The notes beneath the pieces were generated by a model. That model saw nothing but the letters and a program-made list of their open reading frames with translations. It did not search any database and was not told the origin of the DNA. Source: Acidobacteriota bacterium (GTDB lineage Bacteria; Acidobacteriota; Vicinamibacteria; Vicinamibacterales; SCN-69-37). Taken from it: a stretch of 64,000 nt of DNA. Location: NCBI GenBank assembly GCA_947467605.1, contig CANIII010000011.1:54172-118171 (forward strand), written 5' to 3'. Both the position numbers and the translations under genes were made by a program. Numbering within the stretch: position 1 is the stretch's first letter; the number at the start of each line of letters is the position of its first letter. Positions 34,953 through 44,810 of the stretch are shown here, one piece after another.

Positions 34953-37211
34953 ATGAAGACACTGTCGTCGTTCATTGCGACTCTCGTCATCGGAACTCTT
35001 GGCGTTGCCGTGGTGGCGCAGCAAACCACGCCGCCGACCTTTCGCAGCGGCGTGTCACTGGTCACCGTGGACGTCACCGTGCTCGACCGGGACGGCAAAC
35101 CCGTGCCTGGTCTCACTGCGGATGACATCGAAATCAAACTGAACGGCAAGGTGCAGCCCGTGCGCGCGTTGGCGTATGTACAAGCCGCAGCCACCCCTGT
35201 CGCGCCAGTACCCGACGCACCAAGGGCGGTCGCGGCTGTGCCGCCCGCGCCAAGTCCAATCGCCGCGCCGTCTGCGTCTGCGCCGAGACACACCATCAGC
35301 AACGCCGGCGCCGGATCGTCGCGCGCACTCGCGCCTGCAGCCGCGCCACCACCGGCGGTCGTGGCCGCACCACCCGCCGAGTCGCGCGTGTTCATTCTGC
35401 TTGTCGATGACTTGTCGTTCGCGCCAATGCGCGGCAAAGCCATGTTCAATGCGGCGACCCGGTTTCTCGATCGCATTCCGCCCTCGGATCTGGTCGGCTT
35501 CACGACGACGAGTGGCGTGGGGGCCGTCAATCCGACGCGCGATCGCGCGCTACTGCGCACGGCGTTGTCGAAAGTCGTCGGCGCATTCAACGATCCGCGG
35601 GGCATTGGCAAGACGGGTGCGGCCGCGCCAGGCAAAGCCGGCGCGGCGACGATGGACCAGCCCCTTGGGATCAGCGAATCCATCGACATCGAACGCGGGG
35701 ACGACTCGCTGTTGAAGGACGTGATTACCCGCGAGTGCTACAACGGCGATCGCAGCCAGACCAATGGCATCAGCGTCGCCGCGATGATGATCGAGGTGCC
35801 CTGCGCGGCCGAAGTAAGCCGGGATGCGCGCCGCGTGGCGGCGCTCTCGCGCCAGAACAAGGGACGCCAGATCGATGGCGTGCTGTCGGTGATCAACGCG
35901 ATGAAAATCGCCGGCGGCATTCGCCACCTCGTGCTGCTCACGGAAGGCCTCCCGGTGTCTCGCGAGGTGAATGACCTGACCCCGCTCGTGAAAGCGGCCG
36001 CGCTGGCCGGCGTGCAGCTCAGCGTGTTGCTCGAAGAGCCCGACATCAGCCTGACGGATGAAGGGCGACGCCAACAGGACGCCGGCGTCGTCCCCCAAGC
36101 CGACACGGGCATGTCCCGTCGTCGTCGCGACGACGACATGCTGCTCGTGAACGGCGCACAGACGCTCACCGACATGCTCGGCGGTACGTTCTATCGCGTG
36201 ATCGGCAATGCGGATCCGTCCTTCGACCGGGTCATCGTCGCGAGTTCTGCGGTGTATCGCCTCGGTGTTGAATTGCCCGCTGGTGCCGCGCCGGGAAAAG
36301 AATTCACCGTCACCGCATCGGTGAAACGGCCCGGCGTCACAGCAAAAGCCAACAAGTTGGCTATGGTGGCGCCACCCGAAAACGCCGCCGCACCGACGGC
36401 GGCTATAAAACCGACGGCCACGGATGCGAACGGCAACCCCATCGATCCCTCGAAGATTGCGACGGGCTCAACGCTCGCGACGACCGGGTCGATTGACGAC
36501 GTGCTGAAGGCCGCGCTGAACTCGAGCGTCAACACCGGTGATGTGCCGATCCGGATGGGAGCCACGCTTCGTCGAAGCACCAACGTGGCTGGTCAGGTCG
36601 ACGTCAGCGTGAATATCGTGATCCCGGCATCGGTGAAAGGGCCGATCACGACATTCATCGGGCTTATCGATTCGACCAACGCGCTTCGCAGCAATCGCCG
36701 CGTGCTGGATCCATCGCCTGGTGCCGACTATGCCGTGCCGTTCCTGTTTCCGTTGCCGACTGGTGACTACCGGATCCGTTTTGTGGCGTCGGACACCACC
36801 GGTGCCGTTGGCACGATTGACCTTCCCGTGCACGCGGCGCTGTCAACATTTGGCGAGTTCACGTCGAGTGACGTGCTGACGTGGGTCGTCGATAGCGCCA
36901 ACAGAGCGCAACTGTTCGCGATCGAAGACGTGCCGGCCGGCGCCGACACGCTCAACGCGTCGATTGAGCTCTATCCCAAGGGCGACATGCCGGGCGAGTC
37001 GCCGACTATTCGATGGACGCTGTTGAAAGACGGCGAGGCCAACCCGATTGCCGAAGACGAAACGCCGGCGCGCCCAGCAGCCACGCTGATGCGCGCCGAT
37101 GTGGAGTTCCCGTTCGCGGCGTTGCCGGCGGGGATGTACACCGTTCGCGCCGAACTGATCGTGAACGACAAGGTCGCCGGCACGCGCGCGGCCATTGTGC
37201 GCAAACGCTAG
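34953..37211 (+). CDS. Secreted VWA-type protein of the VWFA-related Acidobacterial domain family (large form)
   Basis: Based on ORF 34893..37211. I start it at ATG 34953 (signal peptide MKTLSSFIATLVIGTLGVAVVAQQ). It has the family N-terminal motif PTFRSGVSLVTVDVTVLDRDGKPVPGLTADDIEI and a VWA-like core (VFILLVDDLSF...). The C-terminus is beta-rich. Confidence 0.8.
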   Translation: MKTLSSFIATLVIGTLGVAVVAQQTTPPTFRSGVSLVTVDVTVLDRDGKPVPGLTADDIEIKLNGKVQPVRALAYVQAAATPVAPVPDAPRAVAAVPPAPSPIAAPSASAPRHTISNAGAGSSRALAPAAAPPPAVVAAPPAESRVFILLVDDLSFAPMRGKAMFNAATRFLDRIPPSDLVGFTTTSGVGAVNPTRDRALLRTALSKVVGAFNDPRGIGKTGAAAPGKAGAATMDQPLGISESIDIERGDDSLLKDVITRECYNGDRSQTNGISVAAMMIEVPCAAEVSRDARRVAALSRQNKGRQIDGVLSVINAMKIAGGIRHLVLLTEGLPVSREVNDLTPLVKAAALAGVQLSVLLEEPDISLTDEGRRQQDAGVVPQADTGMSRRRRDDDMLLVNGAQTLTDMLGGTFYRVIGNADPSFDRVIVASSAVYRLGVELPAGAAPGKEFTVTASVKRPGVTAKANKLAMVAPPENAAAPTAAIKPTATDANGNPIDPSKIATGSTLATTGSIDDVLKAALNSSVNTGDVPIRMGATLRRSTNVAGQVDVSVNIVIPASVKGPITTFIGLIDSTNALRSNRRVLDPSPGADYAVPFLFPLPTGDYRIRFVASDTTGAVGTIDLPVHAALSTFGEFTSSDVLTWVVDSANRAQLFAIEDVPAGADTLNASIELYPKGDMPGESPTIRWTLLKDGEANPIAEDETPARPAATLMRADVEFPFAALPAGMYTVRAELIVNDKVAGTRAAIVRKR

Positions 37212-37241
37212 TTTCTCGCCGTTCTGCCCTACACTGCGTGC

Positions 37242-39278
37242 ATGCGACGCGTGTGGGTTGGGATGTTCGCGCTGTGCCTCACGGCGCTGCTCGGTCGTGT
37301 CGCGGCCCAACAGCCGGCGCCGCCCACATTTCGTAGCGGGGTCACGCTCGTCACGATCGATGTCGTGGTGCTCGACCGCGATGGCAAGCCAGTGTCGGGC
37401 CTGACGGCTGACGATTTCCAGATCAAGTTGAACGGCAAGCCGCAACCGGTCCGGGCGCTGTCGTACGTGCAGGTCGCGCAGCAGGCGGCCCCGATGGTGG
37501 TCAGCGATGTTGCCGCCGAGGAACCAGTTGGTCGCCGTGTGGTGACCAACTCGACGCCCGTTGGTGAGGCCAGACTCTTCGTGTTGATGGTGGACGATCT
37601 GTCGTATTCACCGGGTGGCGGCAAGTCGCTGTTTGCCGCGGCCTCACGCTTCATTGATCGGCAACCGGTCGCCGACTACGTCGGCGTGACCACAAGCTCG
37701 GGCACCCGCGTCGTCAATCCCACCCTCGATCGCGTCTTCGTCAAGCAAACGCTGTCGCGAGTCGTCGGCGAATTCATCGACCCGCGCCGGCCGTTCACGC
37801 CGACGAGTCCAACGTTGAGCATTCAGGAGGCGCTCGACATCGTGGACTTCAATGACCAAGGCGTGCTGCGGCAGGTCATCACGCGCGAGTGCTTCGGCGG
37901 CAATGCCAACGAAACGGCCTCACTGCGCGCTGACCAGCTCGTGTCGCGCACCCAGTGCGGCGGGTCAACCGAGAGCACGGCGCGAATGATTGCAAGCACC
38001 ACGCGGTCCACGAAAGAGCGACAACTTGCCGCCGTGATTGCCGCGATCAACGCGATGAAGCCGGCGAAAGGATTGAAGCAGCTCGTGCTGATGTCGCAGG
38101 GCATCGGCGTCACGCGCAACGCCATGCTGGATCTCGAGCCGGTGGCTCGCGCCGCAGCCGAGGCTGGCGTGCAGATCAGCGTGCTCGTCGATGAAGGTGA
38201 CGATGTGGACGCCGGCGACGGCGGACACACGAGAGACGACACGCGCGGCGACTCCATCGGTGCGCCCGACGCCGGGATGACTGCTCGGCGCCGCGATGAT
38301 CAACGCATGTTCAGGTCAGCGATGCAGACGCTGGCTGATGCCAGTGGCGGGTTCTTTCAGACCGTGATCGGCAATGGCGATCGCGCGTTTGATCGGGCCG
38401 CCGTGGCGGGCTCAGCACTGTACCGTCTCGGCGTCGAGCCGCCCGCTGATGCGCCTGTGGGTCGGGCGTTCACGGTGGCCACAACGGTCAAACGCTCCGG
38501 TGTCACCGTGCAGGCGAATCGTCAGGCCGTGATTCCCGGTCCGCCGCCGTCAGTATCCGCCGACGAACAGGTGAAAGCCGCCATCAACGAAGGGCAGCCA
38601 CTCTTCAACGTGCCGATCCGCATGGCGGTCGCACTGCGACGCGCATCGGCAGGGCAGGTGGAACTCGGCGTCGGCCTCGATGTCCCCGCGTCGGTGGCCG
38701 GGCCGTTGACGATGACGTTTGGGCTCGTGAGTGAGAAGGGGGAGCTGCGCAGCGGCAAACGTCAGCTGGTAGCGCCCGCAGACACGTCGAACTATCGACT
38801 CACGTTTCCACTGCCGGTCGCGCCCGGAAAATACCAGTTGCGGTTTGCCATCTCCGACGCAACCGGTAGCGTTGGCAGCATCGACGTGCCGGTGGATGCG
38901 CATCTGGCCACGCTCGGCACACTCACGGCCAGCGACGTGCTCACGTGGTGGACAGATGCGAGCGGTCGCGCGCAGTTTCTGGCGCTCGATGAAGTGCCTG
39001 CCGGTGTTACCGCGCTTGGCGCCGGCATCGAGCTATATCCCGCTCCCGGCGCGGCGTTTCCGGCTGACGTGAAAGTGAAGATGTCACTGATCCCAACCGG
39101 CAAGACCGCCGCTGTTGTTGAACGCGAAGTCACGCCTCTGTCTGGCGGCGACCTGCTCCGCGCCGAAGCGCAGTTACCGCTGACCGATGTCCCCGCCGGC
39201 AGCTACACGCTACGCGCGACGGTCACTGTTGAAGGCAAAGTCATCGGCACGGCCGCAGCGATCATCCGCAAGCGCTGA
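37242..39278 (+). CDS. Secreted VWA-type protein (large form), tandem paralog of 34953..37211
   Basis: It has a signal peptide and the motif PTFRSGVTLVTIDVVVLDRDGKPVSGLTADDFQI. The VWA core carries an intact DxSxS (DLSYS, 37596-37610). It is collinear with the upstream paralog throughout. Confidence 0.8.
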   Translation: MRRVWVGMFALCLTALLGRVAAQQPAPPTFRSGVTLVTIDVVVLDRDGKPVSGLTADDFQIKLNGKPQPVRALSYVQVAQQAAPMVVSDVAAEEPVGRRVVTNSTPVGEARLFVLMVDDLSYSPGGGKSLFAAASRFIDRQPVADYVGVTTSSGTRVVNPTLDRVFVKQTLSRVVGEFIDPRRPFTPTSPTLSIQEALDIVDFNDQGVLRQVITRECFGGNANETASLRADQLVSRTQCGGSTESTARMIASTTRSTKERQLAAVIAAINAMKPAKGLKQLVLMSQGIGVTRNAMLDLEPVARAAAEAGVQISVLVDEGDDVDAGDGGHTRDDTRGDSIGAPDAGMTARRRDDQRMFRSAMQTLADASGGFFQTVIGNGDRAFDRAAVAGSALYRLGVEPPADAPVGRAFTVATTVKRSGVTVQANRQAVIPGPPPSVSADEQVKAAINEGQPLFNVPIRMAVALRRASAGQVELGVGLDVPASVAGPLTMTFGLVSEKGELRSGKRQLVAPADTSNYRLTFPLPVAPGKYQLRFAISDATGSVGSIDVPVDAHLATLGTLTASDVLTWWTDASGRAQFLALDEVPAGVTALGAGIELYPAPGAAFPADVKVKMSLIPTGKTAAVVEREVTPLSGGDLLRAEAQLPLTDVPAGSYTLRATVTVEGKVIGTAAAIIRKR

Positions 39279-39284
39279 CGCGCC

Positions 39285-39438
39285 AGATCAAAAGCATTCA
39301 ACATGGGGGGCCATGGGGAGCCGTAGGGAAAACAAAATCAAAAGACAGGCTTTCAAAGAGCTCTTCGAAAATCTGTCGGTGTTGGGTTTGATCTTCCCTA
39401 TGGCTCCCCATGGCCCCCCATGTTGAGTGTTGTGATCT
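39285..39438. repeat. Long-palindrome intergenic repeat, copy B (~154 bp)
   Basis: The arms at 39296-39330 and 39394-39428 pair at 33/35 positions. The identical 28-nt core lies at 39351-39378. The outer termini are AGATCA...TGATCT. The element sits between the convergent stops at 39278 and 39449. Confidence 0.9.
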
Positions 39439-39448
39439 TGGCAGCGCG

Positions 39449-41620
39449 CTACCGTCCGCTGATGTACCGCGCGATCTCCGCGCGTTCCTGTGGCTGTGCA
39501 TTGGGCGGCGTGTTGGCGAGGAACTGCTGACCGTACCTGACGGCGTCGTCGCGGCGACCGGCCTTCGCGAGTTCGAGCCACAGGTTGTAGAGCGTGTCGG
39601 TGTCGGTGGGATCGATTTCGACGGCTCTTTTCCAGGCATCAATCGCGTCGGTCTTGCGATTCATGTACGACATCGTCACGCCAAACGCCGTGTAAGCCCC
39701 CGCCAGGGTGGGGTCGGCTGTGAGCGCCTTGCGAAGGTAGTCTTCTGATTCACTGAGCAGAGCCGTGTTTCTTTTGCCGCCGTCTTCGTACGCATGTAGC
39801 GCGATCGCGGAGAGATTCTGGAACGCGAGGCCGTTCGTCGGATCGAGTGCGAGGAGCTTTATGAACGTGCGCTTGGCGTCCGCGTAGCGCTTGGCCTCGA
39901 GGTACGCAATGCCCAGGCCGTTGAGCGCTTCCACATCGCTGTCGGGCAAACCTTCGAGCACCGTGATCGCGGCCTGCGCGTTCGTGTGACTTTCCGAGAG
40001 GTAGATGCCCAATCGAATGCGGATGTCACGATCGGGCGCGCCCGCCTTGATGCCGCTCTCGAGCGTGCTGATCGCGTCGCCCACCTGTCCGAGTTGCCAG
40101 TACAAGTAAGAGAGCGACATGTACGCGTCGGCGGTGTCTGGTCTGAGGCCGATCACCTTTTTCAGCAGCGCGATGGCCTCCTGCGGGCGGCCGCTTTGAC
40201 TGAACTCGGTGGCGCTGTGCATGTCGCGGTCGAGTGATGCGAGATTCTTCGGATCGTCGGCCTCCGTGTAGCGATCGCGCGCAGGCGCGCTGCCAGAGAT
40301 GTAGCCGAGCGATCTGAGGTTGGCTGCCGCGTCTGCCGATTCGCGCATCGGGCGATTCGGCGGCGCAAGGTTGAAGGTCTTCAGCGTCGCAAAGAGCACG
40401 CCGGTGCGATCGGCTTTCGATGTCGCCAGATTCTGCAGTTCCTTGGCATCGGTTCCGAGATCGTAGAGTTCCGGCACCGGCAGGTCGATGTACTTGTCTT
40501 TCGCCACGAGCACGCCCCGCAGCGGCGCCCAGCCGCGCACGAGGTTGTAGGTCATCGACTCGAAGTAGGACGGACGATCGGGACCGCTGCCGGATCGAAT
40601 CAACTCACGCAGTGACGACCCGGCCATCGTGGAATCGGCCGGGGCACCGATCGCGTCGAGGACAGTCGGTGCAATGTCGACGTGCCGCGCCGGCGCGTTG
40701 ATCACGACGCCGCGCGAGGCTGTGTGATTCGGTTGCACCGTCGCGATGATCAGCGGCACATGCAGTGTCGATTCGTACGCGAACATGCCGTGCGTCGCCT
40801 CGCCATGTTCACCCAGGCTTTCGCCGTGGTCCGCCGTGACGATGACGGTCGTCGCGCGCGGGAGTGTGGCGAGCCGGTCGAAGAGCGGTTGCAGCGTGCT
40901 GTCGATCCACGCGACCTCGCCGTAGTACGGCTGCGCGCTGTAGTCGGTGGCGAATGCACCTGGCGGACGATACGGCGAGTGCGCATCGAAGACATGCACC
41001 CACGAGAAGAACTTGCCCGGTTGCTGACCGATCCACGCGACCGCGCGCGACACCACTTCGTCTGCGCGGCGCTCCGGCATTGAGAACGTGGCGTCGCCCT
41101 TCATCTCCGGCATCTGATCGTCGTAAACATCGAATCCGGGTGTGAGCCCGAAGCGTTTCGTCAGAGGAAATCCGCCGACAAACGCGCCCGTCGAAAATCC
41201 GCGCGATTTGAGCCGCGTCGCCAGTGTGGCCGTGCCGTCTTTGACGCGATATCCGCTGTTGTCGCGCATGCCGTGCTCATACGGCAGTTGTCCCGTCAGG
41301 ATCGACGTGTGCGACACCAGCGTGACGACCGCGTGCGCGTGCGCAAACGTGAACCGCGCGCCGTGTGCCGCCAGTGCGTCAAGATGCGGCGTCTTCGCCG
41401 GCCCACCGTAGGAAGACAACGCATCACCACGCAGCGTGTCGATCGTGACGAGGAGTACGTTCTGCTCGCCATTGGGCTCAAGCGTGTAGGCCGGGCCGCG
41501 CCCCCACCAGAAAAATGCCGCCGATGCTCCGGCAATCACGAGCAAACCCAATCCCAGCAACGGTCCGATGCGGGTACTCCGAGTGGGTGTCTTCGTCGTG
41601 GGCTTCCGCGGCGCGCTCAA
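39449..41620 (-). CDS. Sulfatase-fold domain plus C-terminal TPR protein, paralog of 32785..34893
   Basis: A 723-aa ORF with the same architecture as the paralog. It contains LLVTIDTLRGDALSSYGG, the nucleophile position TLVSH (41309-41323), VTADHGESLGEHGE and a TPR tail. The track gives a TTG start, so the start is uncertain. Confidence 0.85.
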   Translation of the reverse strand: MSAPRKPTTKTPTRSTRIGPLLGLGLLVIAGASAAFFWWGRGPAYTLEPNGEQNVLLVTIDTLRGDALSSYGGPAKTPHLDALAAHGARFTFAHAHAVVTLVSHTSILTGQLPYEHGMRDNSGYRVKDGTATLATRLKSRGFSTGAFVGGFPLTKRFGLTPGFDVYDDQMPEMKGDATFSMPERRADEVVSRAVAWIGQQPGKFFSWVHVFDAHSPYRPPGAFATDYSAQPYYGEVAWIDSTLQPLFDRLATLPRATTVIVTADHGESLGEHGEATHGMFAYESTLHVPLIIATVQPNHTASRGVVINAPARHVDIAPTVLDAIGAPADSTMAGSSLRELIRSGSGPDRPSYFESMTYNLVRGWAPLRGVLVAKDKYIDLPVPELYDLGTDAKELQNLATSKADRTGVLFATLKTFNLAPPNRPMRESADAAANLRSLGYISGSAPARDRYTEADDPKNLASLDRDMHSATEFSQSGRPQEAIALLKKVIGLRPDTADAYMSLSYLYWQLGQVGDAISTLESGIKAGAPDRDIRIRLGIYLSESHTNAQAAITVLEGLPDSDVEALNGLGIAYLEAKRYADAKRTFIKLLALDPTNGLAFQNLSAIALHAYEDGGKRNTALLSESEDYLRKALTADPTLAGAYTAFGVTMSYMNRKTDAIDAWKRAVEIDPTDTDTLYNLWLELAKAGRRDDAVRYGQQFLANTPPNAQPQERAEIARYISGR

Positions 41621-41649
41621 GGCTTCCTAGATGTAGCACACAACCTGCT

Positions 41650-41697
41650 CCAAAGCATTCAACACCATCGCCCCCCATGTTGAATGGCCTTTGATCT
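41650..41697. repeat. Collapsed / internally deleted copy (D) of the long-palindrome repeat
   Basis: The sequence CCAAAGCATTCAACA-CCATCG-CCCCCCATGTTGAATGGCCTTTGATCT retains both terminal segments of the family. The left end resembles copy B and the right end resembles the reverse complement of copy C's left end. The inner arms and core are missing. Confidence 0.65.
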
Positions 41698-41701
41698 TGG
41701 T

Positions 41702-43807
41702 CTATCTGACGATGATCCCTGTCTCTGTCGTCGCCACCGTGTGTGAGTCAGTGGCGGTGATGCGGAGGCGGAAGGCGCCGGGGCCGAGTGGGGCGAGCGG
41801 GACGCGGAAGTCGATGCGGCCTGAGGCATTCGGCGCGACCGACTTGTCGATCGCCAGCATCGGCCGGTTGTTGCTGTCGACGATCATCACCGTCAGTGCG
41901 ACGGTGGAGTTCATGTCTTTGCGCGCCACTTCGAAATAGGCGCGAAGCGTGTCGGTCGTCTCGAATGTGCGCAGCAGCGTGGGCTCGAAGGGCAAGCGGT
42001 CCGGTACGGCCACGCGCGGTCCGGGACCGACGTTGCGCGCCGGCGCTGTTGGCGGCACGCGCCCAACCGGTACGCGCGCGCCGTCAGCAAAGCCGAGCGC
42101 GATGCCGCTCAGCGCCAGCGCTGTCTTCGAGTAATCCGGCACGGTGATGTCGAGGTAGACGCTGCCGCCCGTGCCCAGCTTCGCGCTCATCGCCGACGCG
42201 CGCAGTTGATAGCGGCCCGGATCGAGATCGAGCGTCAGCGGAATCTGATACGTGACGCTGTCGGGCATGTCGGCGCCGCCATTGCGACCACTCAGCGACA
42301 GCTTCGCGGCCCGCCCCGTTCGCGACGTGACCTTGGCCTTCTTGTCGTCCACCACCAACACCGAGTACGTCACATCGTCGCTCAGCTTGTTGTTGGCGTC
42401 GCGCATCGAAGAGGTCGGCGCCGTGACTTCCAGTGCGATGGCCACGTTGGAAGTCTTGCCTTTGCCGACCAGCGGCAATGCCGTCAGCCGCAGCGGCAAG
42501 TCACTCTTCGGCATCACCCCGGCGACCAGCGCGACCAGTGGATCCTTGTTCTTCGGCGGCGCCGGTGGCGCCCCGGGCGTGTAGCCGTGCCGGAATCGCA
42601 GCGTGTATTCGGGATGGCCCGTCACCGTGACAACGAGCGGTCGATACTTGTCGCCACCACTCGGGTCCGTCGGGTAGAAGCCGAGCAGATAGTAGTGATC
42701 CAGGTCTTCCACGATGTGCTGCAAGCCGCCCGTGAGGTCGTCCGTGTCGGTGACGGCGAAGCCACCCGAGGCCTCCGTCATGAATCCAAGCCCGTCCTGC
42801 GCGCGCCGAATGGGATTGTCCCAGCGGAAGACCGCGTCGCCGCCGAGTGGCGCGGGGTGGAGTTCCTGTTGCATGTCTTCAGGCTTCACCTTGCCGCGCG
42901 GGTCGAGCGCGTAGGTGGCGACGTTCGACCGCCGCATCGACTCCATCATGTCCTTCAGCGCACGGTCGTGGTAACACGCGGCGCTCATGGACATCTCACA
43001 CGGTGTCATCGCACTGTCGAAGATCCCGTTCAGTTCTTTGTTGATGCCTTCCGAGATCAGCACGAACGCTTTGCGCCGGTTGTCTTCGCTCCCGAGCATC
43101 CGCGCCGCATCCTGCATCGTCTGAAACTGCTGCATGTTCTCTTCGAAGTCCTGGAGGGAGGTTTCCTGCGACTTGCCAACCGCGTCGAGTGCCGAGAGCG
43201 AATCGCCGTCGGCGGAAATCGCTCCAGCGCGCTGCGTGTCGATGGCCTGGTGCGGTCGCCGCCAGCTTTGTCGCGCCTGCATCGTGTTGAGCGCAGCCAG
43301 CAGCTCCGATCGATCTTGCGTCACCTGTGTGCTGTGCTCGCCGCTCGTGAAGAGCAGAGCCATGGATGCCTGATCGCCGAGTTTCGTGATGACGTCGCGC
43401 GCGAGGTCTTTGGCTTTGTTGGTGCGGCCCTTCCAGATGTGCAGGTCGTCGACCACGATCATGATCAGCCGATCGGCTTGCGTCGACTGGTTGCTCATCA
43501 CGTCCATGCGGAGTGTTGGTGGCAGCACGGGCGCGGGCGTCGAAGCTGCATCCGGCTCCGGGAGGACATGCGAGACTTCGTCGAATGTGGCGACGGTCTG
43601 CGGCTTCTTGCGATCGGTGAGGCTGAAGTCGCTTTGTTTCAGGCCGCGAATAGCGTTGCCGTCCTTGTCAACAACGACGACGTCGACGTTGATCAGTTCG
43701 ATGTTGGACTTGAAGGTTGTTTGCGGAGTCTTGCTGGGAGGCTGTTGTGCTGCGAGTGAAGCGGCGCAGCATGCGACGAAGGTGAAGACGAGTCGCATGC
43801 TGCGCAT
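41702..43807 (-). CDS. Secreted VWA-type protein (large form)
   Basis: It has a signal peptide and the motif TTFKSNIELINVDVVVVDKDGNAIRGLKQSDFSL. The VWA-like core is LIMIVVDDLHIW. The C-terminal domains are beta-rich. Confidence 0.8.
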   Translation of the reverse strand: MRSMRLVFTFVACCAASLAAQQPPSKTPQTTFKSNIELINVDVVVVDKDGNAIRGLKQSDFSLTDRKKPQTVATFDEVSHVLPEPDAASTPAPVLPPTLRMDVMSNQSTQADRLIMIVVDDLHIWKGRTNKAKDLARDVITKLGDQASMALLFTSGEHSTQVTQDRSELLAALNTMQARQSWRRPHQAIDTQRAGAISADGDSLSALDAVGKSQETSLQDFEENMQQFQTMQDAARMLGSEDNRRKAFVLISEGINKELNGIFDSAMTPCEMSMSAACYHDRALKDMMESMRRSNVATYALDPRGKVKPEDMQQELHPAPLGGDAVFRWDNPIRRAQDGLGFMTEASGGFAVTDTDDLTGGLQHIVEDLDHYYLLGFYPTDPSGGDKYRPLVVTVTGHPEYTLRFRHGYTPGAPPAPPKNKDPLVALVAGVMPKSDLPLRLTALPLVGKGKTSNVAIALEVTAPTSSMRDANNKLSDDVTYSVLVVDDKKAKVTSRTGRAAKLSLSGRNGGADMPDSVTYQIPLTLDLDPGRYQLRASAMSAKLGTGGSVYLDITVPDYSKTALALSGIALGFADGARVPVGRVPPTAPARNVGPGPRVAVPDRLPFEPTLLRTFETTDTLRAYFEVARKDMNSTVALTVMIVDSNNRPMLAIDKSVAPNASGRIDFRVPLAPLGPGAFRLRITATDSHTVATTETGIIVR

Positions 43808-43838
43808 AACTTTCTACTTTCCTCTTCCCACTTTCAAC

Positions 43839-44774
43839 TTACTTGGGTGGGAATTTTGACTGATAGATCTTCACATCCGGGCGCGAGGTGGCCCACTGAA
43901 TGAGCTGCGGCGGCGCACCGACGGGACGCGTATAGGTGACTTCGTACTGTGCGTTGATGATGTCGCCATACGACTTCAACAAGCCGACCAAGGCCGACTG
44001 GCCCACGATGACGTCGCGTTTGCCGCCGGTCCTGTCGGCAAACCCTTCGAGCATGGGCCCGCGCACGGAGTTCTTCAGGTCGCCCTTCTGCAGCGAGGCA
44101 GAGAAGAACGTCGCGCCGTCTTTGGCGATCTCTTTCATGATGTTGTTGGCCGGTTCGCTGCTCTTCTCGGAGTCGGGCAGCACGTTCACGGAGATGATGG
44201 CGCGGCGCGCATTCGGGCGCTTCCCGATCTCCTTCGAGCTTTCCATGATGCCCTCGAGCAGCACCGAGTCGGCGTTGGGTTTGACGACGAGCCGCGTGAG
44301 GGCCTTGATGATGTCGTCGCCGTTCGACGTGAAGGGCACCATCATGATCGAGGCCTGACCGAACTCCATCAGCGCCACTTCGTTCTTCGGATTGGCCGCC
44401 ATCATCTGCTTGGTGAATTCCGTGAACGCCGCGCGGATATCGTTGATCACGTCGCCGGCCGCTGTGGCGGTCGCACTACTGCGCGTGGCACCGATGCCGC
44501 CGCCGCCAACGGCCGCCGACGAGTCGGCGAGCAGCACGATCGAGATCGGCTCGGTCGCCTTCTGTACGCTTGTGGGCGGACGCTGTTTGTTGTCCTCAAC
44601 GATCATGACCTCGTTGGGACCCATGTCCGTGATCAGCTTGCCGCTGCTCTTCTCCACGAACGTGCCGTAGACCTTCTTGGTGGTGTCCTGCTCGAGCGCG
44701 ATCAGCTGTGGTGCGACCAGCAGCAACACGGCCGCCGGAATCAGTAGGAATGAAATTTTATGCAGGTGTTTCAT
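43839..44774 (-). CDS. Secreted VWA-type protein (small form, 311 aa)
   Basis: It has a signal peptide (MKHLHKISFLLIPAAVLLLVAP). The body reads ...GKLITDMGPNEVMIVEDNKQRP...PISIVLLADSSAA...FTSNGDDIIKAL, which is collinear with 55141..55992. Confidence 0.75.
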   Translation of the reverse strand: MKHLHKISFLLIPAAVLLLVAPQLIALEQDTTKKVYGTFVEKSSGKLITDMGPNEVMIVEDNKQRPPTSVQKATEPISIVLLADSSAAVGGGGIGATRSSATATAAGDVINDIRAAFTEFTKQMMAANPKNEVALMEFGQASIMMVPFTSNGDDIIKALTRLVVKPNADSVLLEGIMESSKEIGKRPNARRAIISVNVLPDSEKSSEPANNIMKEIAKDGATFFSASLQKGDLKNSVRGPMLEGFADRTGGKRDVIVGQSALVGLLKSYGDIINAQYEVTYTRPVGAPPQLIQWATSRPDVKIYQSKFPPK

Positions 44775-44810
44775 CGGGTGGTCTCCAGCCGGAAGTATAG
44801 CCGTACGTTG

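Noticed and set aside
42206-43759. A 517-aa ORF lies antisense to VWA gene 41702..43807.
   Set aside because: It has no motifs and an Arg/His-rich composition. The minus-strand frame has a signal peptide and the conserved family N-terminal motif.
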